Shown here: piece by piece, positions 35,293-43,354 of the stretch
Position numbering within the stretch: position 1 is the stretch's first letter
Layout of the letters: each line of letters begins with the position of its first letter
Assembly (NCBI GenBank): GCA_001464055.1
Contig: LNET01000029.1
Location: forward strand, 30,254 to 94,253
Source of the DNA: Burkholderiales bacterium Ga0077543
Lineage (GTDB): Bacteria > Pseudomonadota > Gammaproteobacteria > Burkholderiales > Burkholderiaceae_C
DNA: 64,000 bases
Direction: 5' to 3'
The notes under the pieces: generated by a model
What the model was told of the DNA's origin: nothing
Seen by the model: the letters and a program-made list of their open reading frames with translations, nothing else
Databases searched by the model: none
Made by a program: the position numbers and the translations under genes

Positions 35293-36503
35293 GCTTGGCG
35301 CCCACCACCGACGACGTCGTGATCGATCTGCGCGACGTGGCCAAGAGCTATTCGCTGGAGTCTCAACCCTGGCGCCGGCTGTGGCAGCAGCTCAGCGGGC
35401 GCACGGCCCAGGGCCGGCAATACGACGCGCTGCACCGGGTGGACCTGCGCATCCGGCGGGGCGAGGTGGTGGGCATCGTCGGCCGCAACGGCGCCGGCAA
35501 GTCCACGCTGTTGCAGATCGTCTGCGGCGTGCTGCAGCCCAGCCGCGGCGAACGCCGGGTGCAGGGCCGCGTGGCGGCGCTGCTGGAGCTGGGCGCAGGC
35601 TTCAACCCCGAACTGACCGGGCGCGAGAACGTGCGCCTGAACGGCCCCCTGCTGGGCCTGTCGGCGGCCGAGGTGAATCGGCGCATGGACGGCATCGTGG
35701 AATTTGCCGGCATCGCCGAATTCATCGACCAGCCGGTGCGCAGCTATTCCAGCGGCATGTTCGTGCGCCTGGCCTTTTCCATGGCCACCAGCGTCGACCC
35801 GGAGATCCTGGTCGTCGACGAAGCGCTCTCGGTGGGCGACGGTGCCTTCGCGCGCAAGTCCTACGAGCGCATCATGGCGCTGAAGGATCGCGGCACGACG
35901 ATCCTGTTCTGTTCGCATTCGATGTTCCAGGTCGAGGCACTGTGCACGCGGGCCTTGTGGCTGGAAGGCGGCACGGTGCGCCTGGACGGACCGGCGCATG
36001 CGGTGACGGTGGAGTATTCGGAATGGCTGGCGCGGCGCGAACAGGGCGGCAGCGGCGACATGCCGGCCCAGGCGCAGCGCTTCGATTCACCATCGGCCGC
36101 GTTGCAGCAGGTGCAAGTGCGCCCGCCGCCCGACGGCCAGGCCTTCCGCAACGGCGTCGACGACCTCGTCGTCACCACCAGCTTCCGCAGCGATCCCGGC
36201 ATTCCTTGCCCGACCGTGGGCGTGGTGCTGCACGGCGCCGACGGGCGGGCCCTGGCCAGCGTGGGCAACTGGATCGACGGCGCTGCGCTCAAGCGCGACG
36301 CGGCCGGGCTGGTGCGCGTGGGCGTCACCTTCCCGGCGCTGCCCTTGCTGAAAGGGCGCTACACGGTGTCGGTGTATGTGCTGTGCGACCGTGCGATCCA
36401 CGTCTATGCATCGGCCGAACACGTGGCCACGGTCGAGGTGGTGCAGGACCATGTCGAGCAAGGCGTGGTGTCACTGCCGCATCGCTGGCATGACGGTGGC
36501 TGA
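35289..36503 (+). CDS. wzt: O-antigen/polysaccharide export ABC ATPase with a C-terminal carbohydrate-binding-type domain
   Basis: GIVGRNGAGKSTLLQ, YSSGMFVRLAFS, ILVVDEALSVGD, plus a ~150-aa beta-rich C-terminal extension. Confidence 0.9.
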   Translation: MSLAPTTDDVVIDLRDVAKSYSLESQPWRRLWQQLSGRTAQGRQYDALHRVDLRIRRGEVVGIVGRNGAGKSTLLQIVCGVLQPSRGERRVQGRVAALLELGAGFNPELTGRENVRLNGPLLGLSAAEVNRRMDGIVEFAGIAEFIDQPVRSYSSGMFVRLAFSMATSVDPEILVVDEALSVGDGAFARKSYERIMALKDRGTTILFCSHSMFQVEALCTRALWLEGGTVRLDGPAHAVTVEYSEWLARREQGGSGDMPAQAQRFDSPSAALQQVQVRPPPDGQAFRNGVDDLVVTTSFRSDPGIPCPTVGVVLHGADGRALASVGNWIDGAALKRDAAGLVRVGVTFPALPLLKGRYTVSVYVLCDRAIHVYASAEHVATVEVVQDHVEQGVVSLPHRWHDGG

Positions 36504-38049
36504 GTTGCCCTGGCCTTTGCCTGCGCCGGAAATGGGTTTGTTCGGTGTCGATCCGTTCGCGACGCCACCGCCCGGCTGCCTGCAGGGGTGCACGCTGCCG
36601 CACCATGGGCTGTTCCTGCACCCTGGCGAGGACGTGGATGCGGCACTGGCGCGCCCGCTGGCGCTTCTGCGCGAAGCGGGTTCCAGCGCCCTGGTGCTGC
36701 ACGACGGCCTGCAGCACCAAAGCTCGCTGGTCTGGTTCGAGGCCGCCGACCGGCTGGGCCTGGACGTGGGCGCACAGATGCGGGTGCTGGACCTGTTCGC
36801 CCTGCGCACCGGCGGTCCGGAGCACACCGTGGCGCCCCGGCTGGATGAGTTCACGGCGCTGGCCAGGCGTTTCGGCTGGCGCTTGCAGGCCGAACAAGAC
36901 CTGAGCCGCGAAGCCCTGCCCAGCTACCCCCTGCTGCAGCGCCGGCTGGCCCATGCCGGCCGCGGCCCGGCGCCGCGCCAGGCGGCCATCGCGGCTGCGG
37001 AAGCGCGCGCCCGGCTGCTGGCCGAAGGCGTGCTGGCCTACCGCCTGCTGCGGCTGCAGCGCACCAGCGTGCCGGCGCTGCGCCTGGCGCGGGTGGAAGC
37101 CGCCGATGCGCCGGCCATGCGCCAGCTGTTCGAGCGTGTCTTCGGCCACCCGATGACCGCGCCCGAATGGCAGTGGAAGTACGGCCATGGCCAAGGCGTG
37201 GCGGTGGGCCTGTACCGCGGCAGCGAGATGCTGGCCCACTACGGCGGGCTGACGCGGACGCTGCTGCTGATGGGCCAGCCTGGCCTGGGCTGCCAGGTGG
37301 GTGACGTGATGGTGGCGCCCGCGGCCAACGGTGGCCTGGGCCGGCGCCTGCCGCTGCACGACGTCGCCGCCACGCTGCTGGAATGCGAGATCGGCTGGGG
37401 CCGCCGCCATGCCGTGGGTTTCGGCTTCCCCAGTTCCCGCCACATGCAGGTGGCCGAACGGCTGGGCCTGTACGCCCCGGTTGACGGCATCACCCAGCTC
37501 AGCTGGCCGGCGCTGGCCTTCGAAGGCGATGGCTGGGATGCGGTCGAGGTCGTCGACGCGGCTTCGATCGATGCCTCGTCGGCCACGGGGTCGGCACTGC
37601 AGGGCTTGTGGGCCGAGATGGCGCACGCGCTGGCGGCTTCGGTGCTGGGCGTTCGCGACCCCGCCTGGCTGCGCTATCGCTATGGCCAGCGGCCCGGTGT
37701 GCCTTACCGGCTGCTGCTGTGGCGCGAGCCGGGCTCGGGGCAGGCGCTGGGCGCCGTCGTTTTGCGCGCCCATGCCGACCGGCTCGAGCTGATGGACCTG
37801 GTGGCGCATCCTTCCCGCTTCGCCGGCCTGGTGCAGCTGGCCAAGGCCGACGCTGCGCGCCTGGGGCTGCCGCAGGTTCAGGCCTGGGTGAGCAGCTCGC
37901 ACGCCGCGCTGTTGCAAGATCCTGCCCAGCCGGCCCACGCCGAAGCCCTGGACGTGACCGTGCCCGCCAACGTGCACACCCCTGGCATGGCGCCGGCCGA
38001 CCTGCAGGGCCGCTGGTTCCTGATGGGCGGCGACACCGACTTCCGCTGA
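36490..38049 (+). CDS. two-domain protein: unknown N-terminal ~210 aa plus a GNAT-like acetyltransferase region
   Basis: MTVAELPW start overlaps wzt by 14 nt. The C-terminal half (APAMRQLFERVFGHPMTAPEWQWKYG ... WFLMGGDTDFR) resembles GNAT-type acetyltransferases of glycan clusters. Tentative. Confidence 0.55.
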   Translation: MTVAELPWPLPAPEMGLFGVDPFATPPPGCLQGCTLPHHGLFLHPGEDVDAALARPLALLREAGSSALVLHDGLQHQSSLVWFEAADRLGLDVGAQMRVLDLFALRTGGPEHTVAPRLDEFTALARRFGWRLQAEQDLSREALPSYPLLQRRLAHAGRGPAPRQAAIAAAEARARLLAEGVLAYRLLRLQRTSVPALRLARVEAADAPAMRQLFERVFGHPMTAPEWQWKYGHGQGVAVGLYRGSEMLAHYGGLTRTLLLMGQPGLGCQVGDVMVAPAANGGLGRRLPLHDVAATLLECEIGWGRRHAVGFGFPSSRHMQVAERLGLYAPVDGITQLSWPALAFEGDGWDAVEVVDAASIDASSATGSALQGLWAEMAHALAASVLGVRDPAWLRYRYGQRPGVPYRLLLWREPGSGQALGAVVLRAHADRLELMDLVAHPSRFAGLVQLAKADAARLGLPQVQAWVSSSHAALLQDPAQPAHAEALDVTVPANVHTPGMAPADLQGRWFLMGGDTDFR

Positions 38050-38062
38050 CACCCGCACGGCC

Positions 38063-40090
38063 ATGAATTCCCCGAGCCCGCCCGCACTGCCCGACGAACC
38101 CACGGTCTACCCCTACACCGCACTGCCGCACCTGCCGGCCCGGTCCGCACTGGTGTTCGCGCCGCACCCGGACGACGAGATCTTCGGCTGCGGCGGTCTC
38201 ATCGCCGCCTGGCTGGCCGCTGGCACGGCCGTGAAGGTGGTGATCGTCAGCGATGGCGCGGCGGGTGGCGACATGGCCACGCGCGAACAGGAAAGCCGCG
38301 CCGCGGCGCAGGCGCTGGCCGGGCCGGGGGGTCAGCCTGCGGCGCTGGAGTTCTGGCGCCTGCCCGACCGCGGCGTGCGCGCCGACGCCCCCCTGGTGCA
38401 GCGCATGGGCGCGGCCATGGCCGGCAGCGGCGCCGACTGCGTGCTGGCGCCTTCGGCTTACGAGATCCACCCCGACCACCGAGGCGTTTCCTGCGCCGCG
38501 ACCGCGGCTTTCGCTCAGGTGTTCGGTGAAGGCAGCTCGACACAGCTGGTGTATTTCGAGATCGGCCACCCGCTGTTCGCCAACCGCCTGGTGGACATCA
38601 CCCCGGTGCTGGCGCGCAAGCGCGCGGCCATCGACTGCTTCCCTTCGCAGCTGCAGGTGCAGGACTACGGCGAACAGGTGCTGGCGCTGAACCGCTTCCG
38701 GTCTTACACCCTGGGCCCGAAGGTCAGCCATGCCGAGGCCTACCAGGTGGCCGACGGGGCGGCGCTGCGGGCGGGCCTGGCCGGCATCGTCGCACACGAC
38801 GCGGCGCAGGTGGGCTGGCGGTTGGGCCTGGCCGAGTCAGTGCCCGCGCCTGTGCCTGTGCCTGTACCTGTGCCCGTTCCGGTTCATGCCGCTGCCTGGA
38901 ACACTCGCAGTGCAGCCGTGGCGGCCATGGACGCTTCAGCGCCGTTGCTCGTGCACCTGGCGTCGACCGAAGGCCTGGGCGTGGCCGAGGCCGACTACGC
39001 CTGGCGCGACCTGCTGTCCAGCCTGGGGCCGGGTGTGCAGCTGCTGATGGGTGCCGAAGGCGCTGGGCAACTGGCGCAGTGGAACGGCCCCGACGACACC
39101 CTGGTGCTGGTGCTGGCCAGCCCCTGGTTCACGCTGGAAGCGCGCTGCCTGGCGCGGCTGCAGGCGGCGCTGAAAGCGGGGCACGACCGGGCCCTGGCCT
39201 GCGACTCGCGCCGGCCCGGCCCGATGGGCGGCGTGGCCTATATGACGCTGCGCGGCATGGAACGCTTCGTCGACGCGGCGCCGGTGCAACTGCTGCCGCT
39301 GCCCGGGAACACCGACTTCGGCGTGATGCTGACGACGCTGGGCGCCTGGCGCCGCAGCACCCAGGGCGGGGCGGGCAGCTGCGTGCAGGTGGCCGGCGCC
39401 TGGGCCCACGACGCCGACGGCTACTTCGGCTTTGCGCGCGAAGAACTGCTGCCGCTGCTGCCGCCCGCGCTGCAGCAGGTGCTGGACGTGGGCGGCGGTG
39501 GCGGTGGCTTCCTGGCCGCCGTGAAGGCCGCGCAGCCACAGGCCCGAACCTGCCTGGTGGAGCTGACGGCCGAAGGCGCCGCGGTGGCCCGGCGCAACCC
39601 CGCCATCGACGAAGTCTGGCAGGGCGACTTCCTGGCCTACGACACGCCCCGGCGCTTCGACTGCATCAGTTTCCTCGACGTGCTGGAGCACATGGCCGAG
39701 CCCGAAGCTGCGCTGCAGCAGGCCAGGCGCCTGCTGGCGCCGGGCGGCGTGGTTCTGGCGTCGATTCCGAACGTGGGCCACTGGTCGGTGCTGGCCGACC
39801 TGCTGGAGGGCCGCTGGGACTGGGCTTCCGTGGGCATCCACTGCGTCACCCACCTGCGTTTCTTTACCCGGCTGACGATCGCGCAGATGTTCCAGCGCTG
39901 CGGCTACGAGGTACAGGCCTGGCAGCCGGTGCTGCTGCCCGGCAGCACCGAGCGGCTGGGCGCGCTGCAGGGCTCGGGGCTGAGCCTGGACCGCGACAGC
40001 CTGGACACCTTCGCCTATCTGCTGCGCGCGGCGCCAGTGAGCCCGGCTGGCCCACCCTGCCCACCGAGCCCAGGCGGTACGGCCGGCTGA
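38063..40090 (+). CDS. fusion protein: PIG-L/LmbE-family deacetylase (N-terminal) plus class I SAM methyltransferase (C-terminal)
   Basis: LVFAPHPDDEIFGCGGLIA and PSAYEIHPDHRGV (PIG-L). VLDVGGGGGGFLAAV, DCISFLDVLEHM and LAPGGVVLASIPN (methyltransferase). Confidence 0.75.
   Translation: MNSPSPPALPDEPTVYPYTALPHLPARSALVFAPHPDDEIFGCGGLIAAWLAAGTAVKVVIVSDGAAGGDMATREQESRAAAQALAGPGGQPAALEFWRLPDRGVRADAPLVQRMGAAMAGSGADCVLAPSAYEIHPDHRGVSCAATAAFAQVFGEGSSTQLVYFEIGHPLFANRLVDITPVLARKRAAIDCFPSQLQVQDYGEQVLALNRFRSYTLGPKVSHAEAYQVADGAALRAGLAGIVAHDAAQVGWRLGLAESVPAPVPVPVPVPVPVHAAAWNTRSAAVAAMDASAPLLVHLASTEGLGVAEADYAWRDLLSSLGPGVQLLMGAEGAGQLAQWNGPDDTLVLVLASPWFTLEARCLARLQAALKAGHDRALACDSRRPGPMGGVAYMTLRGMERFVDAAPVQLLPLPGNTDFGVMLTTLGAWRRSTQGGAGSCVQVAGAWAHDADGYFGFAREELLPLLPPALQQVLDVGGGGGGFLAAVKAAQPQARTCLVELTAEGAAVARRNPAIDEVWQGDFLAYDTPRRFDCISFLDVLEHMAEPEAALQQARRLLAPGGVVLASIPNVGHWSVLADLLEGRWDWASVGIHCVTHLRFFTRLTIAQMFQRCGYEVQAWQPVLLPGSTERLGALQGSGLSLDRDSLDTFAYLLRAAPVSPAGPPCPPSPGGTAG
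38846..38885 (+). repeat. short in-frame (Pro-Val)n-encoding repeat (linker)
   Basis: gcgcctgtgcctgtgcctgtacctgtgcccgttccggtt encodes APVPVPVPVPVPV between the domains of the fusion protein. Confidence 0.5.
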
Positions 40091-41166
40091 TGGACGCCTG
40101 CGCCGTCCTCGTCAACTTCCGCGGGGCGCAGGACATCGCGGCGGCTGCGGCGTCGGTGCTGGCCGACAGCCCCGGCGTCGAACTGGTGGTGGTGGACAAC
40201 AGCGAGAGCGAAGTCGAGGCCGCGCAGCTGCGTGCGCTGCTGCCGCCGCAGGCGCGGCTGGTCGTGGCCAGCCACAACCTGGGTTTCGGTGCCGCCTGCA
40301 ACCTGGCGCTGGAGCACAGCAGCGCCGCGGCGGCCTGGCTGGTGAACCCGGACGTGCGTGTGCTGCCGGGCTGCCTGCAGGCCCTGCTGGCCGCGCTGCA
40401 GGCCGACCCGCGCCTGGCCGCCGTGGCGCCCCGGCAGACGCTGGACCTGGAACAGGCCTGGCAGCTGCCGCCTTCGACCCTGCCCACGGCCATCGACCGC
40501 TGGGCGCGTGCGCAGGCGCTGTCGTCGCTGCGCTCGCGCCGGCGTTTCGTGGGCGCGGCGCGCGCGCTGGCCGTGCGGCTGTGGACAGCGGCCGATGGCG
40601 AGGTCGTGCCGCAGCGCGCCTTGTCGGGCGGCGCGATGCTGGTGCGCCGGGCCTGCCTGGACCCTCGCGAGAGCCTGTTCGACCCGCGCTACTTCATGTA
40701 CTACGAAGACAGCGACTTCTGCCTGCGCATGCGCCGACGCGGCTGGCGGCTGGCGGCCGTGCCGGCGGCACGCGCGGTGCACTTGTGGCGGCTGGGATCG
40801 CACAAGGACGGTTTGATGGCGCAGTCGGAACCGCTGTACTTTGCGCGGCATTTTGCGGGCAGCCGCTGGCTGGGGCGCGAGCCTGCGGCTGCGGCCCAGG
40901 TGCTGCCGCCGTTCAGGCCGGTCACGTCCACTGCTGACCTGCAGGTGCCACCCGCGCTGCAGCGCGCCTGGGTGTTCGAACTCAGCCCCACGCCTTTGCT
41001 GGACCCGGCTGCAGCCTTCGTGGGCAGTGGTGCAGTGCTGCCCTGGCCAGCAGCCGTGATGGCGGCTTGCGGGCCGGTGCCGCTGTTCGCGCGGGTGGGG
41101 CCGAGTCGGGCTGATGTGCAGGAGGACAGTGGCCTGTTGCTGCGCTTCGACAGCAAAGACCGTTGA
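40090..41166 (+). CDS. family 2 glycosyltransferase (rhamnosyltransferase-like)
   Basis: ACAVLVNFRGAQD, LVVVDNSES, SGGAMLVRRACL, FMYYEDSDFCLRMRRRGW. ATG 40090 overlaps the upstream TGA. Confidence 0.8.
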   Translation: MDACAVLVNFRGAQDIAAAAASVLADSPGVELVVVDNSESEVEAAQLRALLPPQARLVVASHNLGFGAACNLALEHSSAAAAWLVNPDVRVLPGCLQALLAALQADPRLAAVAPRQTLDLEQAWQLPPSTLPTAIDRWARAQALSSLRSRRRFVGAARALAVRLWTAADGEVVPQRALSGGAMLVRRACLDPRESLFDPRYFMYYEDSDFCLRMRRRGWRLAAVPAARAVHLWRLGSHKDGLMAQSEPLYFARHFAGSRWLGREPAAAAQVLPPFRPVTSTADLQVPPALQRAWVFELSPTPLLDPAAAFVGSGAVLPWPAAVMAACGPVPLFARVGPSRADVQEDSGLLLRFDSKDR

Positions 41167-41192
41167 TGCCGGGCCTGTAGCAAAAAAGGGGC

Positions 41193-42266
41193 ATGGCACA
41201 CTGCAGCAGCATGCATGTGCGGTACCTCCGATCTCTTTGTCGCCGAATCCTGCCGGAGAGGAAATTGAACCCAGAACGCTTCATCCGCGCCCTGTACCGC
41301 GGCTTCCTTCTCCGTGAACCCGAACCCGGCGCCGTTGCCAACTGGACGCAGGCCCTGGCGGACGGTGCCTCGCCCGATCAGATTGCCGAGCAGTTCCTCG
41401 ATTCGGCCGAATTCAGGCAGCGCCACAGCCCGGGTGCCGTGGCCTTCGTTCCGCCAGGCCACTTCTACAGTCCGGTCGTCGACCCCGAGGCGGTCGCGCA
41501 TCTGTTCGCCGAGCCGCGCGAAGTCAGCGCGATTGCTGGCGTCGACATGAACGAGGCAGGGCAGTTGCAGACCTGGCAACAGCTGTTGCCGTACCTGGCC
41601 GAAGTGCCGTTCACGCGGGAGCGGCAACCCGGCTTTCGCTACTTCTTCGACAACCCGGCTTACGGCGTGGGCGACGCCAGCATCTACTTCGCGATGCTGC
41701 GCCTGAATCGGCCGCGGCGGCTCATCGAGGTCGGTTCCGGCTTCTCTTCGGCCTGTGCGCTGGACACCATCGAGAAGTATTTCGACCATCCTGTCGAAAT
41801 GAGCTTCATCGAGCCTTACCCGCAGTTGCTGGAGTCCTTGCTGAAGGACACCGACCGCAGCGCGACCCAGATCCTGAACTGCGGGGTGCAGGCTGTCGAC
41901 CGGGAAGTCTTTCGAAGCCTGCAGGCCAACGACATCCTGTTCATCGACTCCACCCACGTGCTGAAGACGGGTAGCGACGTGCACTACGAATTCCTGGAAG
42001 TGCTGCCCGTGTTGCGCCCCGGCGTGCTGATTCACTTTCACGACATCTTCTGGCCCTTCGAATACCCGAAGTACTGGGTCATCGACGAGAACCGGTCGTG
42101 GAACGAGCTTTACGCCCTGCGGGCTTTCCTGATGTTCAACAAGAGCTTCCGCATCGAGTTCTTCAACGACCACTTCGCCCAGGCCAGGCGGCCATGGGTC
42201 GAGCGGGATTGTCCAGCCCTGTTGCAGAACCCGGGTGGCGGCATCTGGCTGCGCAAGCTGGACTGA
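41193..42266 (+). CDS. DUF4214-like N-terminal domain plus class I SAM-dependent methyltransferase
   Basis: FIRALYRGFLLREPEPGAVANWTQAL...FLDSAEF (DUF4214 pattern). LIEVGSGFSS motif I. Confidence 0.7.
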   Translation: MAHCSSMHVRYLRSLCRRILPERKLNPERFIRALYRGFLLREPEPGAVANWTQALADGASPDQIAEQFLDSAEFRQRHSPGAVAFVPPGHFYSPVVDPEAVAHLFAEPREVSAIAGVDMNEAGQLQTWQQLLPYLAEVPFTRERQPGFRYFFDNPAYGVGDASIYFAMLRLNRPRRLIEVGSGFSSACALDTIEKYFDHPVEMSFIEPYPQLLESLLKDTDRSATQILNCGVQAVDREVFRSLQANDILFIDSTHVLKTGSDVHYEFLEVLPVLRPGVLIHFHDIFWPFEYPKYWVIDENRSWNELYALRAFLMFNKSFRIEFFNDHFAQARRPWVERDCPALLQNPGGGIWLRKLD

Positions 42267-42292
42267 GCATTTGCTGGCGCGTCAGCCCTGCA

Positions 42293-43354
42293 TCAAGAGC
42301 CTTCACGCTGCTGCAACCGTGTTTCGGCGACGCTGTCATCAACCAACACCGTCGCGCCGCCTGCAGCCATCTTGCGCCTGGGCTTCAACCGCAGTGCCGG
42401 TTGTTCGACCAGCCGCCACGAGCCATAGGCCAGCACCGTCGTGATGGCGAAGGCCAGCAGCATCGTCATCCAGAAGCCCAGCGGCTTGGCCAGGGCAATC
42501 AGCGATTGCTGCACCGGGTAGGCATACAGGTAGAGGCCGTAAGACACATCGTTGCGCAGCACATGGCTGGGCCGGTATTCGCCGACCACCACCGCCATCA
42601 GCGGAATGGCCAGGATCATGATGGCCTGGCGAATCACGGCGTCGTCGAACACGGCGTACAGACCCAGCAGCCAGACCAGCACATGAAGCCGCGGCAAGCG
42701 GTCGTTCCAGAGCGCGATGCACGACCCGGCCAGGAAGTACCCCATGAAGCGCGGAACATGGCGCAGGTCGTTGTAGTAGACGACGACGGGATCCACCGGC
42801 CGCCACTGGACAGCCACCGCGATGGATACCACCAGCAGCAAGGGCACGGCCCAGCGCAGCGGGCGGCCGCCGAACACGGCCATCAGCGTGGCCAGCAGCA
42901 GGTAGGCCAGCACCTCGAACGGAAGGGTCCACAGCGATCCGTTCACGGCGTAGGGCATGGGCGCATCGACCAGCACCGCGGGCAAGGCATAACGCGGGCT
43001 GAAGGCCAGGTTCCAGAAGTAGCTGGCAAAGTTCTCGTGGCTGAAGTAGTCGTGCAGCGGCAGGGTGGTGAGCACGCCGCCCACCAGCACGGCACAGAAC
43101 ACGACATTGGCCGTCAGCCCCGGCATGATGCGCAAGGCCCGGCGCCACAGGAAGTTCAGGGCGCTGGGGTCCTGCTCGATGCTCCTGGAAACCAGGTAGC
43201 CCGAGATCCCGAAGAAGATGGCCACGCCCAGTCCGCCCAGGCTGACCCCCAGGGTTCCTGGCTCGGGCCTGCCCCACAGCGCGAAGTGGTGTGAGTAAAG
43301 CACCAGGGCCGCAGCGAACAGCCGCAGGTGGCTGAAGGCGTTCGCGTGACTCAA
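42293..43354 (-). CDS. acyltransferase family 3 membrane protein (O-acetyltransferase type)
   Basis: HLRLFAAALVLYSHHF and GVAIFFGISGYLVSRS; polytopic. TTG 43354 overlaps the upstream stop (TTGA). The longer 516-aa ORF is an extension. Confidence 0.8.
   Translation of the reverse strand: MSHANAFSHLRLFAAALVLYSHHFALWGRPEPGTLGVSLGGLGVAIFFGISGYLVSRSIEQDPSALNFLWRRALRIMPGLTANVVFCAVLVGGVLTTLPLHDYFSHENFASYFWNLAFSPRYALPAVLVDAPMPYAVNGSLWTLPFEVLAYLLLATLMAVFGGRPLRWAVPLLLVVSIAVAVQWRPVDPVVVYYNDLRHVPRFMGYFLAGSCIALWNDRLPRLHVLVWLLGLYAVFDDAVIRQAIMILAIPLMAVVVGEYRPSHVLRNDVSYGLYLYAYPVQQSLIALAKPLGFWMTMLLAFAITTVLAYGSWRLVEQPALRLKPRRKMAAGGATVLVDDSVAETRLQQREGS

Noticed and set aside
38846-38885. cctgtg-type tandem repeat as a CRISPR-like or phase-variation element
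   Set aside because: It is only about six imperfect 6-nt units, it lies in frame inside a CDS and it encodes a Pro-Val linker. There are no spacers and no frame-shifting unit length.
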